This document shows, piece by piece, positions 42,777 through 52,169 of a stretch of 64,000 bases of DNA. The position numbers were made by a program, and so were the translations under genes. The stretch is from an uncultured Clostridia bacterium. Its GTDB lineage: Bacteria; Bacillota; Clostridia; TANB77; CAG-508. The stretch spans positions 28,165-92,164 of the forward strand of contig CAKPCG010000003.1 in NCBI GenBank assembly GCA_934141475.1, read 5' to 3'. How positions within the stretch are numbered: the first letter of the stretch is position 1; every line of letters begins with the position of its first letter. The notes beneath the pieces were generated by a model that was not told the origin of the DNA, did no database searches, and was given only the letters and a program-made list of their open reading frames with translations.

Positions 42777-43920
42777 ATGAATACATATTATTTTGATAAT
42801 GGTGCAACAACAAAGGTAAAGCAAGAAGTAATAGAAGAAATGATACCATATTTTGCCCAAAACTATGGAAATCCATCATCTGTTTATGGAATTGCAAGAG
42901 AGGCTAAAAAAGGGGTAGAAGAGGCAAGAAAAAAAGTTGCAGATTTAATAGGAGCAAATAAAAGCGAAATTTACTTTATGGGATGTGGCTCAGAAGCAGA
43001 TAACACGGCTTTAAAAGGAATAGCCTATGCAAATGAAAAAAAAGGAAAACATATAATAACCTCAAAAATAGAGCATCCCGCAATCTTAGAAACTTGTAAA
43101 TTCTTAGAAAAACAAGGATATAAAATAACATACCTAAATGTAGATAAACAAGGATTTGTAAATTTAGATGAATTAAGAAAAAGTATAACAAAAGAAACAA
43201 TCTTAATAAGTATAATGTTTGCAAATAACGAGATTGGCACAATACAGCCAATAGAGGATATAGCTAAAATTGCAAAAGAAAACAACATAATATTCCATAC
43301 AGATAGTGTTCAAGCAGTTCGGAAATGTAAAAATAAATGTTCATGAAATGGGAATAGATATGTTATCTTTATCAGCACATAAATTCCATGGACCAAAAGG
43401 TGTAGGAGCATTATATGTAAAAGAAAACATAAAATTTGAAAAAATAATGAATGGTGGCCATCAAGAAAAAGACAAAAGAGCAGGAACAGAAAATACAGCA
43501 GGAATAGTAGGACTTGGAAAAGCAGCAGAACTTGCAGATAAAGATATTGAAAATCACATAAAAAAGATGAAAGAACTTAGAAACTATTATATAGAAGAAG
43601 TAACAAAAAAAATACCAAATACCAAAATAAATGGAGCAATAAATGCAAGACTCCCAGGAAATGCAAATATATCTTTTGAAGGAGTAAATGGAAATGACTT
43701 ACTTTTAGAATTAGATAATTCAGGAATTTGTGCATCAAGTGGCTCAGCATGTAGCTCAAAAGACCCAAAACCATCACACGTACTAAAGGCAATAGGTTTA
43801 ACAGACGACCAAATAAAGGGAGCTTTAAGAGTAACATTTGGAGAATTTAATACAAAAGAAGAAGTAGATTATTTGGTAGAAAATTTAGAAAAAAGTGTAA
43901 AAAAATTAAGAAAAATATAA
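42777..43920 (+). CDS. nifS: Cysteine desulfurase, NifS/IscS family (about 380 aa after a +1 shift at the in-frame CGG at 43320-43322)
   Basis: The two overlapping ORFs join as ...[43 protein letters not shown]..., which carries the PLP-lysine motif [10 protein letters not shown], followed by SSGSACSS. Confidence 0.85.
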
Positions 43921-44025
43921 ATTAAATGGTTAAATTAGAAGTATGTGATATTAGAATTTATGTGAAACAAAATAAATAAAAATTGAAAAGTAAATTAAAT
44001 CACTTAAATTAGACAAAAAAAAGTG

Positions 44026-44055
44026 TTGACATAATACACAAAAACATGATAATAT
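44026..44055 (+). promoter_or_regulatory. Sigma-A-like promoter (TTGACA-18-TGa-TAATAT)
   Basis: ttgaca at 44026-44031 and an extended -10 tgataatat at 44047-44055. It lies upstream of the RBS aaggagg and the ATG at 44100. Confidence 0.6.
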
Positions 44056-44099
44056 ACTTATTGTTACAAATAAACATGCACACCTAAGGAGGATAAAAA

Positions 44100-44594
44100 A
44101 TGTCTTTTATCGAAGTAATCAAAGAAAAGTGTAGGGAACATGAAAAAGTAAAGCTGTTTGTGGATATGGATGGTACAATAGCTGAATATCCGGTATTAAA
44201 AACAAATGAAGCTGAAAAAAAGATGACTGAATTATATGGCTCAACAAAGCCGCTAATGCCAGTTATCGAAGTACTTGGTGAAATTTCAAAAATACCAAAC
44301 TTAGAGATGTATATTTTGTCACTTTCAAAAAACGACGAAATAACAGATAAAAAGGAAGTATGGCTTAAAAAATATGTACCATTTATCAAAGAGAGTAACT
44401 ATCTTATTCTAACAAGAGGAAAAGGCTACACAGACGAAACCAGAGACATTGCAAAACCGGAAAACATCGTTAAGCATAAAGAGCCAGGATGCTATCTTAT
44501 AATGCTTGATGATGATCACAAGGTACTTAGAATTGCCCAAAAAATGGTGGAAGATAGTGGCGAAGTATATCACGCATCTTCAGCTATAGCATAG
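44100..44594 (+). CDS. HAD-superfamily hydrolase, possibly a 5'(3')-deoxyribonucleotidase-like protein
   Basis: HAD motif I is FVDMDGTIAE, and MLDDD lies near the C-terminus. The length is 164 aa. Confidence 0.55.
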   Translation: MSFIEVIKEKCREHEKVKLFVDMDGTIAEYPVLKTNEAEKKMTELYGSTKPLMPVIEVLGEISKIPNLEMYILSLSKNDEITDKKEVWLKKYVPFIKESNYLILTRGKGYTDETRDIAKPENIVKHKEPGCYLIMLDDDHKVLRIAQKMVEDSGEVYHASSAIA

Positions 44595-44646
44595 AAAATA
44601 TATGCTATAAATTAAGCAAATAAAGAGGATTTGTAAAAAATGTTTT

Positions 44647-44688
44647 GAACCCAAAAAACTGGACATTTTTGTCTTATTTTTTGGGTTC
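44647..44688. terminator. Hairpin between convergent genes (probably bidirectional)
   Basis: gaacccaaaaaa (44647-44658) pairs with ttttttgggttc (44677-44688). An outer pairing joins aaagagga (44622-44629) to tcctcttt (44707-44714). Confidence 0.6.
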
Positions 44689-44712
44689 GTATCAAAATAT
44701 TGCAGGTCCTCT

Positions 44713-44976
44713 TTAATTATTATTTTTTTCTTTTAAATACTTCATTTTAGTAGCCATTCCACCTCTTAAATGTCTTTCAGCTTTATTTTCATTTAAAATT
44801 TCTCGTACTTCTTTTGCCAAAATAGGGTTTATTTTTAGTAATCTGTCAGAAACATCTTTATGTACGGTGCTTTTAGAAATTCCAAATTTTTTCGCAGTAC
44901 TTCTTACAGTATCTTTTGTTTCAATTATATAATGTGCAAGTAAAGTGGCACGATCTTCTATTGATATTTTTTTCAT
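44713..44976 (-). CDS. spoIIID: Sporulation transcriptional regulator SpoIIID
   Basis: 87 aa: MKKISIEDRATLLAHYIIETKDTVRSTAKKFGISKSTVHKDVSDRLLKINPILAKEVREILNENKAERHLRGGMATKMKY. This is the characteristic SpoIIID HTH and C-terminal basic region. Confidence 0.95.
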   Translation of the reverse strand: MKKISIEDRATLLAHYIIETKDTVRSTAKKFGISKSTVHKDVSDRLLKINPILAKEVREILNENKAERHLRGGMATKMKYLKEKNNN

Positions 44977-45196
44977 TTAAAGCCCCCGTCTCGAAATACT
45001 TTTTGTAAAATATATTCCAAATTAAGCATTATTAGAACGAAGAATAACTATTATTTTTATAGTTAAATTTAGGCAAAAACAATATAATTAAAAATAAAAT
45101 AATTTCAAAAAATAACAATATAATTTAAAAAAGTATACAATTTTTTTAAAAAGTGTGATAAAATTACCAAAAAACATAAAATAAGGGGAACAAAAA

Positions 45197-45737
45197 ATGG
45201 GAGATATAAATGTATTTTCAGGACCAATGAAATGTGGAAAAAGTTTGCAAATATTAAATGAATATAATAGGCAATTAATAGCACGGAAAAAATGTAATGA
45301 TATTTAAACCAAAATTAGATTATAGAGAAGGAGAAAGCTATATTGCGTCAAGAGACGGAAAAAAACTACTTGCAAATAATATAGAAGATATTTCAGAACT
45401 AGAAAACTACAATGCAGATGTATTTTTTATAGATGAATTTCAATTTTTACAAGGAAATGTAAAAACAATAGAAAAAATGGCAGATAGCGGAAAAAAATTT
45501 TACATAGCTGGATTAAATTTAACATCAGATAAAAAACCATTCGGAAAAATGGGGGACTTAATGTGTATTGCAGATAATATAAAAATGATGACATCAATTT
45601 GCGAAATTTGCAAAAATGACAATGCAGTATTTTCATATTTTAAAGGAAAAAAAGATAATGACATAGTAATTGGAGATAGCGAATATATACCAGTTTGTAG
45701 AAAGTGTTATGAGAAATTAAAACAAGAAGAAATTTAA
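45197..45737 (+). CDS. tdk: Thymidine kinase (about 179 aa after a +1 shift at the in-frame CGG at 45284-45286)
   Basis: ATG at 45197 follows the RBS aagggg. Translation reads MGDINVFSGPMKCGKSLQILNEYNRQLIA-GKNVMIFKPKLDYREG...FIDEFQF...CEICKNDNAVFSY...PVCRKCY, with a P-loop, a DE(F)QF motif and a Zn-ribbon. Confidence 0.85.
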
Positions 45738-45776
45738 AACAATAAAAAATAGAAATAACAAAAAATAATAAGAAAA

Positions 45777-45825
45777 ATATTAGATATCGTTGAACTTAGG
45801 TTTTAACAATATCTAATATTTTTTA
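45777..45825. terminator. Hairpin between convergent tdk and the HD-domain gene
   Basis: attagatatcgttgaa / ttaacaatatctaat imperfect inverted repeat followed by a T-run. Confidence 0.6.
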
Positions 45826-47490
45826 TTTCTCTTCTTGCTCACTATAAGATTTATTTATATAAATTGGAGCAGGAGAAGGTCTATTTAAATAAGGTGTACC
45901 AAATGTATAATTATTTTTACCATCTAATAATTTAAAATCAGGATTTTTTAAATCAGATTCATCTAAAAATGGCAAAATACAAAAAGCAACACCAGAAGAT
46001 ACAGTTTTACTAGAAACAGCATTAGGTCTATTAGGAAGAGAATCATATGAAAATATTTGACCATCATGTGTTTCAAAATAAATAGGCTCTTTTAGATTAT
46101 ATCCAACAATTTTATGAGAATAATATTCAATCGGAATAGAAGAACTAGATAATTTTTTTATATTATCATAATTAGTAGTAAATTTTATACATTTATCCCA
46201 ATAATCAAAATCTTTTAAATTATCAATTAATTCTCCTTTAGTTGTTAAATATCTATGTAATCTTTGTAAAAACTTTTTATCAAATTTAGATAATTTTTTA
46301 TTATTTTCTTTTAAACTAAGCATTTTTGCAGACATATCAAAAAGCCCGTCCAAACCAGGAATTGCAAAAGATGTAGCTTTTCTTAAAGAAGCATTTTCTG
46401 AAAATTCTGCAATATCTAATAATTGATCAAAAAAGTTTAAGTCATTCCAACTTAGCCATTCATCTAAATTAACATCTGTTTCATCATTATAAGATTTTAG
46501 TTTTACTAAAAAATCTTGAAGAGCCTTTCCATTAGGTTCATTAGTATCAATTGCCTTATTTATAACAATACATACAGATTTATCACGAATTTGAGTAATT
46601 GGATGAAAATATGATTCACTATAACATTTTAATCTAAGCTTTAAAAATTCTTCAATTTGTGGTAATAAATCAATACTAAAAACAGGTATAAATGAATTTC
46701 TACCTAAATTATTACTAACCAAAATTGAACCATTTTTATTTTTTTTTGGTTTTGACCCTTTATATATATTTTCAAAATCAACAGGAACAAGTTTAAATGC
46801 AGGGAAAGTTTGTATACTTTGAGCTTGCCCCCTATATGCTAAATCTCTATACATATAGTCAAATCTATCAATATCGAAATTTCCTTCATCTAAAAGCTTA
46901 AAGCCAAAATAATCATTTTCCAAAACAGATTTTAAAATATCCGGCATATCTACAGAAATATTGTTTAAGCAATTTAAAATAGAACTATTTTCTAATAAAA
47001 GTCTTTTTCCAATTTTTTCATGAAATCCAGGTTTTTCAATAACAGAAAGTTCTAAATCATGAGAAAGTGGAAGATGTCCAATATCATGTCCTGCAGATTT
47101 TATAAGTTCTGCAATTAAATATTTTTTTAGCTTATTTTGTTCTATATAATGTCTAAAATTAGGATTGCATAAGAATTGTTTTAAAATAATAGATCTTTTT
47201 AAATTATATACTCCTATAGAATGTTCATATCTTGTATGTAGTACATTTGAGTCATTATCTATAAAATTTCCAAGTTGTAAAATCCTTTTTAATCTTTGCA
47301 TAGGTTCTGTTTCAAAAAAACTTTTTAATTCTTGTGTGTAGTAAATTGTTAAGCAATCAAATTTAAAATCTTTTTTGGGCTTTTTGTCTTCTTCAGAATA
47401 GAGTACAATGTCATTTTTTTCAAATAGCCATTTAAAAAAATTTAAATTGATGTTTTCCTCTGTAGTTAACTGTTTTTCTATATTTTGCAT
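45823..47490 (-). CDS. HD-domain phosphohydrolase (dNTP triphosphohydrolase-like)
   Basis: RYEHSIGVYNL ... SAGHDIGHLPLSHDLE ... DIDRFDYMYRD, which is the HD...D pattern of the dGTPase/SAMHD1-like family. The length is 555 aa. Confidence 0.7.
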   Translation of the reverse strand: MQNIEKQLTTEENINLNFFKWLFEKNDIVLYSEEDKKPKKDFKFDCLTIYYTQELKSFFETEPMQRLKRILQLGNFIDNDSNVLHTRYEHSIGVYNLKRSIILKQFLCNPNFRHYIEQNKLKKYLIAELIKSAGHDIGHLPLSHDLELSVIEKPGFHEKIGKRLLLENSSILNCLNNISVDMPDILKSVLENDYFGFKLLDEGNFDIDRFDYMYRDLAYRGQAQSIQTFPAFKLVPVDFENIYKGSKPKKNKNGSILVSNNLGRNSFIPVFSIDLLPQIEEFLKLRLKCYSESYFHPITQIRDKSVCIVINKAIDTNEPNGKALQDFLVKLKSYNDETDVNLDEWLSWNDLNFFDQLLDIAEFSENASLRKATSFAIPGLDGLFDMSAKMLSLKENNKKLSKFDKKFLQRLHRYLTTKGELIDNLKDFDYWDKCIKFTTNYDNIKKLSSSSIPIEYYSHKIVGYNLKEPIYFETHDGQIFSYDSLPNRPNAVSSKTVSSGVAFCILPFLDESDLKNPDFKLLDGKNNYTFGTPYLNRPSPAPIYINKSYSEQEEK

Positions 47491-47625
47491 AAAAATTTTC
47501 TCCTATATCAAATTTAACAAAATTAATATAGCACTTAATTTAAAAAAAATCAAGCAATTAATAATTAACCAAAGTAGAAAAACGTCATATAATGTTAATA
47601 GTAGCCTATGTGAGGTGATACTTTT

Positions 47626-48432
47626 ATGGATAAAATAAAAAAAGGTGACTTAGTTGGTAGAATATCTTATGGCAAAGATATAATATTTGTTGTAAAAAAT
47701 ACAAAAGACAAGAAAAATATAATTTTAGAAGGATTTTTTGAAAGAATAATTGCAAATAGCGATATTTCAGATTTACAATTAATAGATAAAAATGAAATAT
47801 TATATAAAGAAAGCTTAAAAGATTATGAAATACAAAAACAAGAAAATAGAATAGAAAAAAATTTAGTAACAGGAAGAATTTTACACCTAGATGGAGACAA
47901 ACGTTACAGCGAAAAATCATTTAAATATTATCAAAAAATGGGAATATCTGCAATAGTAAAAAATATACCAGAAAATAAACAACCCAAAATGGTATATAAT
48001 TTGCTAAAAATGTATAAGCCAGACATACTTGTAATTACAGGTCATGATGGAATGTTTAAAAAAGATTATGGTTATTATGATATATATAATTATAGAAATT
48101 CAAAATATTTTATAGCAACAGTAAAAGAAGCAAAAAGATATGAAAAAGATACAAATTCAGATATAGTAATATTTGCTGGAGCCTGTCAAAGTTACTTTGA
48201 GGCTCTAATGCAGGCAGGTGCAAATTTTGCATCATCACCTGCTAGAATTTTAATAGATATATTAGATCCATTAATAGTAGCAAAAAGAGTAGCTGTAACA
48301 AGTAAAGATAAATATATTAGAATAGAAGATTTAGAAAATGAGCTTAGAGATGGAAGAAGAGGTGTAGGGGGAACAGGAGCATGGCGGGAAAAGAAAAAAA
48401 TAGATTGTAATATATCTGTAATAAAAATGTAA
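47626..48432 (+). CDS. yabG: Sporulation-specific protease YabG (the 3' end is ambiguous: 48432, or 48403 if a +1 shift occurs at CGG 48385)
   Basis: HLDGD, DILVITGHDG, IFAGACQSYFEALMQAGANFASSPARILI and DPL are collinear with my recollection of B. subtilis YabG. Confidence 0.85.
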   Translation: MDKIKKGDLVGRISYGKDIIFVVKNTKDKKNIILEGFFERIIANSDISDLQLIDKNEILYKESLKDYEIQKQENRIEKNLVTGRILHLDGDKRYSEKSFKYYQKMGISAIVKNIPENKQPKMVYNLLKMYKPDILVITGHDGMFKKDYGYYDIYNYRNSKYFIATVKEAKRYEKDTNSDIVIFAGACQSYFEALMQAGANFASSPARILIDILDPLIVAKRVAVTSKDKYIRIEDLENELRDGRRGVGGTGAWREKKKIDCNISVIKM

Positions 48433-48502
48433 TAAAAAAGACTAAAAACGCTAAAAGCTTTGAAAAGACGGGGATTGCTAATTAGACATAAAGAATTACT
48501 TT

Positions 48503-48531
48503 TTGACAAAATCCCCCCATGATGCTATAAT
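48503..48531 (+). promoter_or_regulatory. Consensus sigma-A promoter of veg (TTGACA-17-TGc-TATAAT)
   Basis: ttgaca at 48503-48508, a 17-nt spacer, and tgc plus tataat at 48523-48531. Confidence 0.75.
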
Positions 48532-48563
48532 TCAAGTAATAAATATATTAGAAGGTGATATAA

Positions 48564-48863
48564 ATGATTTGCTCTACAGATATTACAAATTTAAAGTCAA
48601 ACATATTTGACAAAATAGGACAAAAGATAATAGTAAAAGGTTCATTAGGAAGAAACAAATCTTTTGAAAAGGAAGCAACAATTGAAAAAGTATACTCAAA
48701 TATATTTACTGTTAAATATGATGAAGGAGCAAGAAATGCGACATATAGCTATACAGACATACTAACAAGGACAGTAGAAGTTCAAGTTTTAAATGATGAT
48801 AATACATATTGTCCATTAATACCACCAGCACAAGTAGTAAGTAAAAAAAGAATAAAAATATAA
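48564..48863 (+). CDS. veg: Veg protein (biofilm formation stimulator)
   Basis: LKSNIFDKIGQKIIVKGSLGRNKSFEKEATIEKVYSNIFTVKYDEGARNATYSYTDILTRTVEV is a typical Veg sequence. The length is 99 aa. Confidence 0.9.
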   Translation: MICSTDITNLKSNIFDKIGQKIIVKGSLGRNKSFEKEATIEKVYSNIFTVKYDEGARNATYSYTDILTRTVEVQVLNDDNTYCPLIPPAQVVSKKRIKI

Positions 48864-48869
48864 ATAAAA

Positions 48870-48898
48870 TGGCAAGTATTAAACTTGCTATTTTTTTA
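48870..48898 (+). terminator. Short hairpin plus T-run after veg
   Basis: gcaagt / acttgc stem followed by tattttttt. Confidence 0.5.
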
Positions 48899-48947
48899 TA
48901 AATATAGTAAAATAAAATAGCATTCAAAAGACTAAAGGAGAAAAAAG

Positions 48948-49442
48948 ATGGTAAATTTAAGAAGTGAAAAAGGTTCAATTACATTATTTGTACTAGTTTC
49001 ATGTATGTTTTATATTGCATCTGTTACATGTGTTCAAATGTACATGCAAACTAAAAGAGTGGCAGTAGATAGAGAATATAGGCAAGTAAAAGCAAATTAC
49101 GAACTAAATACATTAGATGAAGAAAACTTAAAAGAAAGCTATTATAAACTTGCAAACTTAGAAAATGCAGAAATAAATATCTTAGAAAAAGAAAAAACAA
49201 ATAACAAAATCACTGTTAAATTTAATTTAAACACAGACAATCTAGACATAAAAACAATAAAATATGGATGGGGATTATCTGAAGATATAAACACTGTACC
49301 ATCATGGACATATTTAGAAAAAAATAGTATAAATAATCAAATAACAGTAATAAATGAAAATGCAGAAGAAGAAACAGAATATTATCTGTTTGTTGTTATA
49401 AACAATAAACAAATATGCACAAAAATAACGTTTGAGGCTTAA
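48948..49442 (+). CDS. Hypothetical protein with a TadE/pseudopilin-like N-terminus
   Basis: RBS aaaggag. The N-terminus LRSEKGSITLFVLVSCMFYIASV resembles Flp/TadE-G-like or pseudopilin leader regions. The rest is unassigned. Confidence 0.55.
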   Translation: MVNLRSEKGSITLFVLVSCMFYIASVTCVQMYMQTKRVAVDREYRQVKANYELNTLDEENLKESYYKLANLENAEINILEKEKTNNKITVKFNLNTDNLDIKTIKYGWGLSEDINTVPSWTYLEKNSINNQITVINENAEEETEYYLFVVINNKQICTKITFEA

Positions 49443-49452
49443 AAAGATAAAA

Positions 49453-49496
49453 AACCTATTTAGTTTATTAATTATTAAAAATAAATTAAATAGGTT
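49453..49496. terminator. Hairpin between convergent genes
   Basis: aacctattta (49453-49462) pairs with taaataggtt (49487-49496). Confidence 0.5.
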
Positions 49497-49512
49497 AATT
49501 TTAATTTTTATT

Positions 49513-49692
49513 CTAATTCAGCCAAAAAATAATATTACTAAAAATAATACTTCCAAGTGTTATTAAAATCGTAAAAATAGAGCCAAAGAAATTTTTATTT
49601 TTTTGTATTTCAAAAAAAGCAAATGATAAAATATACAAAAAAATGTACAAACTAAAAATACTAAAAAAAATTCTTATAAAAAAAGTATTCAT
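49513..49692 (-). CDS. Small hydrophobic protein (59 aa), a possible fourth cistron of the ger operon
   Basis: Hand translation: MNTFFIRIFFSIFSLYIFLYILSFAFFEIQKNKNFFGSIFTILITLGSIIFSNIIFWLN. The RBS ggagg lies 8 nt upstream, and the ORF starts 20 nt after the gerAC-like stop. Confidence 0.4.
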   Translation of the reverse strand: MNTFFIRIFFSIFSLYIFLYILSFAFFEIQKNKNFFGSIFTILITLGSIIFSNIIFWLN

Positions 49693-49712
49693 TTAAATTT
49701 TACCTCCAAATT

Positions 49713-51059
49713 TTACGCATCTTGTACTAAAAAGCTAGAAATAACATTAGAATCTATTTCTATATTAAATTCTGCATTTTGATATTTTTCTTTCCAATTA
49801 TAATTTTCATAATCTGTAACAGTTAAAAATTTATGTTTAATTACTCTAAAGAAACCATTTAAATCACATTTATATTCTCTCGAAGTTTTATATAAATAAT
49901 CTTTTAATTTAGCTGTTAAATACGTTTTTAAACTCTCATTTACAGCATTTAAAGTATTTTTATCAGAATAATTTAAATTAGTTTGACCAGTTAGTGCTTT
50001 AGCTGTGAGATTTAATTTTAATGTTATAATTGGAGTATCATTTGAAATATCAATTTTTGTATAAGCAGGTTTTAAGCTACTTACAGAAACATCAATTTTT
50101 TTTGTTTCATCAAAGGGATTAGGTAATAAAACCGAAAAGCTATCAACTTCTTCTTCAATTAATGTATAGCAAAGAGTATCAATTGCAGATAATGTACCAA
50201 TATATTTATCTTGATTAAAAACGGCAAGTCCAATATTTTCTGTTCCTCTATCACCATCTACAATAGATTCTCCTTGAGAAATACTATCTAAGGCATTATC
50301 TGTTAAACTAGAAGTAGAAGAATTACCAGAACTTTCTTGCTCTAAAGAAGAAATAGAATTTGTAATATTTTCTAAAATATCTTTTGTGGAATTTTGTGTA
50401 TTAGAGCTTGAACTAGAATCACCAGACTGAAAAGAATTTTCTTCATTAGACTCACTTTTAACACCTAAAATTGCAACTGCCCCACAAGCATCATTTGTTA
50501 AACTATGATAAAATTTATTAAGCATAATATTAGATGTATAACCCGTATATTCAGCAGAAGTAGGGAAAACCTCATAATATTTTGTCAAAACATCTTCTAA
50601 CGAAGAAGTAGAACTTTCTATATAATCTTTAGCAGTTTTAGATGCAATAATAACATTTGTAGTTGGTCTTATTTGAGTATTATTCATAAAATAAGTTACT
50701 TCTTCTAAAATACCAATTTTAGCAATATCTTCAGAAAATGCAATAACTCTGCAATGAGATAAATTTATTTGTTTACCTGCATAAGCATTCATTAAATTAA
50801 TAGCATCAGGAATAGAAGCCGCAATAACAGTATTAATAGTAGGTTCGCTGCTATCAGAAGAACTTGACTCAGAAAAAGCACCTAAATCTGTAAATTCAAA
50901 AGAAACCTGCAAATTTTTTTCATCATCTGATGTATCAACCCCAATTGCAATAACATAATCTAAATGATCTATATTATTTGAATTGTAAGATGCAGAAAAT
51001 GCGTAAAAAAATATTAAACAAGTGCAAATTGCAAATATAATTAAAATCATTTTTTTCAT
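49713..51059 (-). CDS. Spore germination receptor C subunit (Ger(x)C lipoprotein family)
   Basis: N-terminal signal with Cys (IFAICTCLIFF). The size and position after the A and B subunits fit. It has a 4-nt overlap with the upstream gene. Confidence 0.75.
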   Translation of the reverse strand: MKKMILIIFAICTCLIFFYAFSASYNSNNIDHLDYVIAIGVDTSDDEKNLQVSFEFTDLGAFSESSSSDSSEPTINTVIAASIPDAINLMNAYAGKQINLSHCRVIAFSEDIAKIGILEEVTYFMNNTQIRPTTNVIIASKTAKDYIESSTSSLEDVLTKYYEVFPTSAEYTGYTSNIMLNKFYHSLTNDACGAVAILGVKSESNEENSFQSGDSSSSSNTQNSTKDILENITNSISSLEQESSGNSSTSSLTDNALDSISQGESIVDGDRGTENIGLAVFNQDKYIGTLSAIDTLCYTLIEEEVDSFSVLLPNPFDETKKIDVSVSSLKPAYTKIDISNDTPIITLKLNLTAKALTGQTNLNYSDKNTLNAVNESLKTYLTAKLKDYLYKTSREYKCDLNGFFRVIKHKFLTVTDYENYNWKEKYQNAEFNIEIDSNVISSFLVQDA

Positions 51060-52151
51060 TTTGAGCCTCCTAAAATCCTTTTTTTAATATTTGCCAAAAA
51101 TAAAATCAAAAACGGAATAAGTATTCCAAAAATTAAAAGCAAAATTTTAGAAAGTGTAGTTTCTAAAAACAAAATACTCGAATGTAATTTATAGCACATA
51201 GTTATCCCAAAAATACTAAAAAGATATGGAAAAACTAAAGGTTTATAACTTGATAAATTAGCAATATCCTTAAATATAGTTATAACTATATAAGTATTAA
51301 TAGTAAGTATGGGAATAAAACCTAAAATACATAAAAGTAAAAACATAGAGTCAAGTCTTTGAAAAAAAGAGCCAAATTCTATAGATCTTACAGAAATATA
51401 TAATGGAAAAAATTCCGAATTACAAAATTTTTCTCCAAACAAAAGTAACATATTAGCACAGCTAAAAAGTAAAAATACAGAAGAAAGCAAAACAGAAATT
51501 ATAGCAATTTTTGTAAATTTCTCAGGATGTTTTAAATTATTTGGTATAAATAACAAATAAGCCAATCCATAAAAAGCATATATATTACTTAGTCCACTAA
51601 AAAAAGTTTCATAAAATCCATTTCCTAATATAGGAAAAATGTTTTCAAAATTAAAGTTTTTTCCGTTTCCAATAAAAATAAGTAAAACACTAGCAAATAA
51701 AAATGGAAGTATAAGTACCGAATATTTAAAAACACTATTATTTCCAAAGTAAATAGCAATACCAACAGCAACACAAAAAAGTAAAGCAATAAAAATTACA
51801 TTAGTCATAGGGTAATAAATAATTTGCAGGCAATCACAAATCTTTTTTAAAAATAAAGATGCTCTAAAAGTAAAATAGGCAATAAACAATATTCCAATAA
51901 TAAATTTTAAAATTCTACCACCTAAAAAGTCAGATACATCAAGTATGCCGTTTACCAGGAAAGTTTTTATTTAGAATTCCTATAATTAAACAAAATAAAA
52001 TTGCACAAACACTGATAACAAGAGCAGTTATTAAACTAGCAGAAGAGCAAGTTATAATTAAAGCCTGACTTGAAAAAAAAATCATTCCAGTTATAGAAAT
52101 AAGAGTTAAAAATGCAATTGCTTCAATATTTTCAAGTTTAGATTTTTCCAT
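51056..52151 (-). CDS. Spore germination receptor B subunit (GerAB/APC-type permease; about 364 aa after a +1 shift at the in-frame CGG whose C is at 51950)
   Basis: ORFs 52151-51939 and 51889-51056 join as ...LNKNFPGK-GILDVSDFLGGRILKFIIGILFIAYFTFRAS... The result is a polytopic membrane protein located between the A and C subunits. Confidence 0.8.
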
Positions 52152-52169
52152 AAAACCTCCTATAATATA

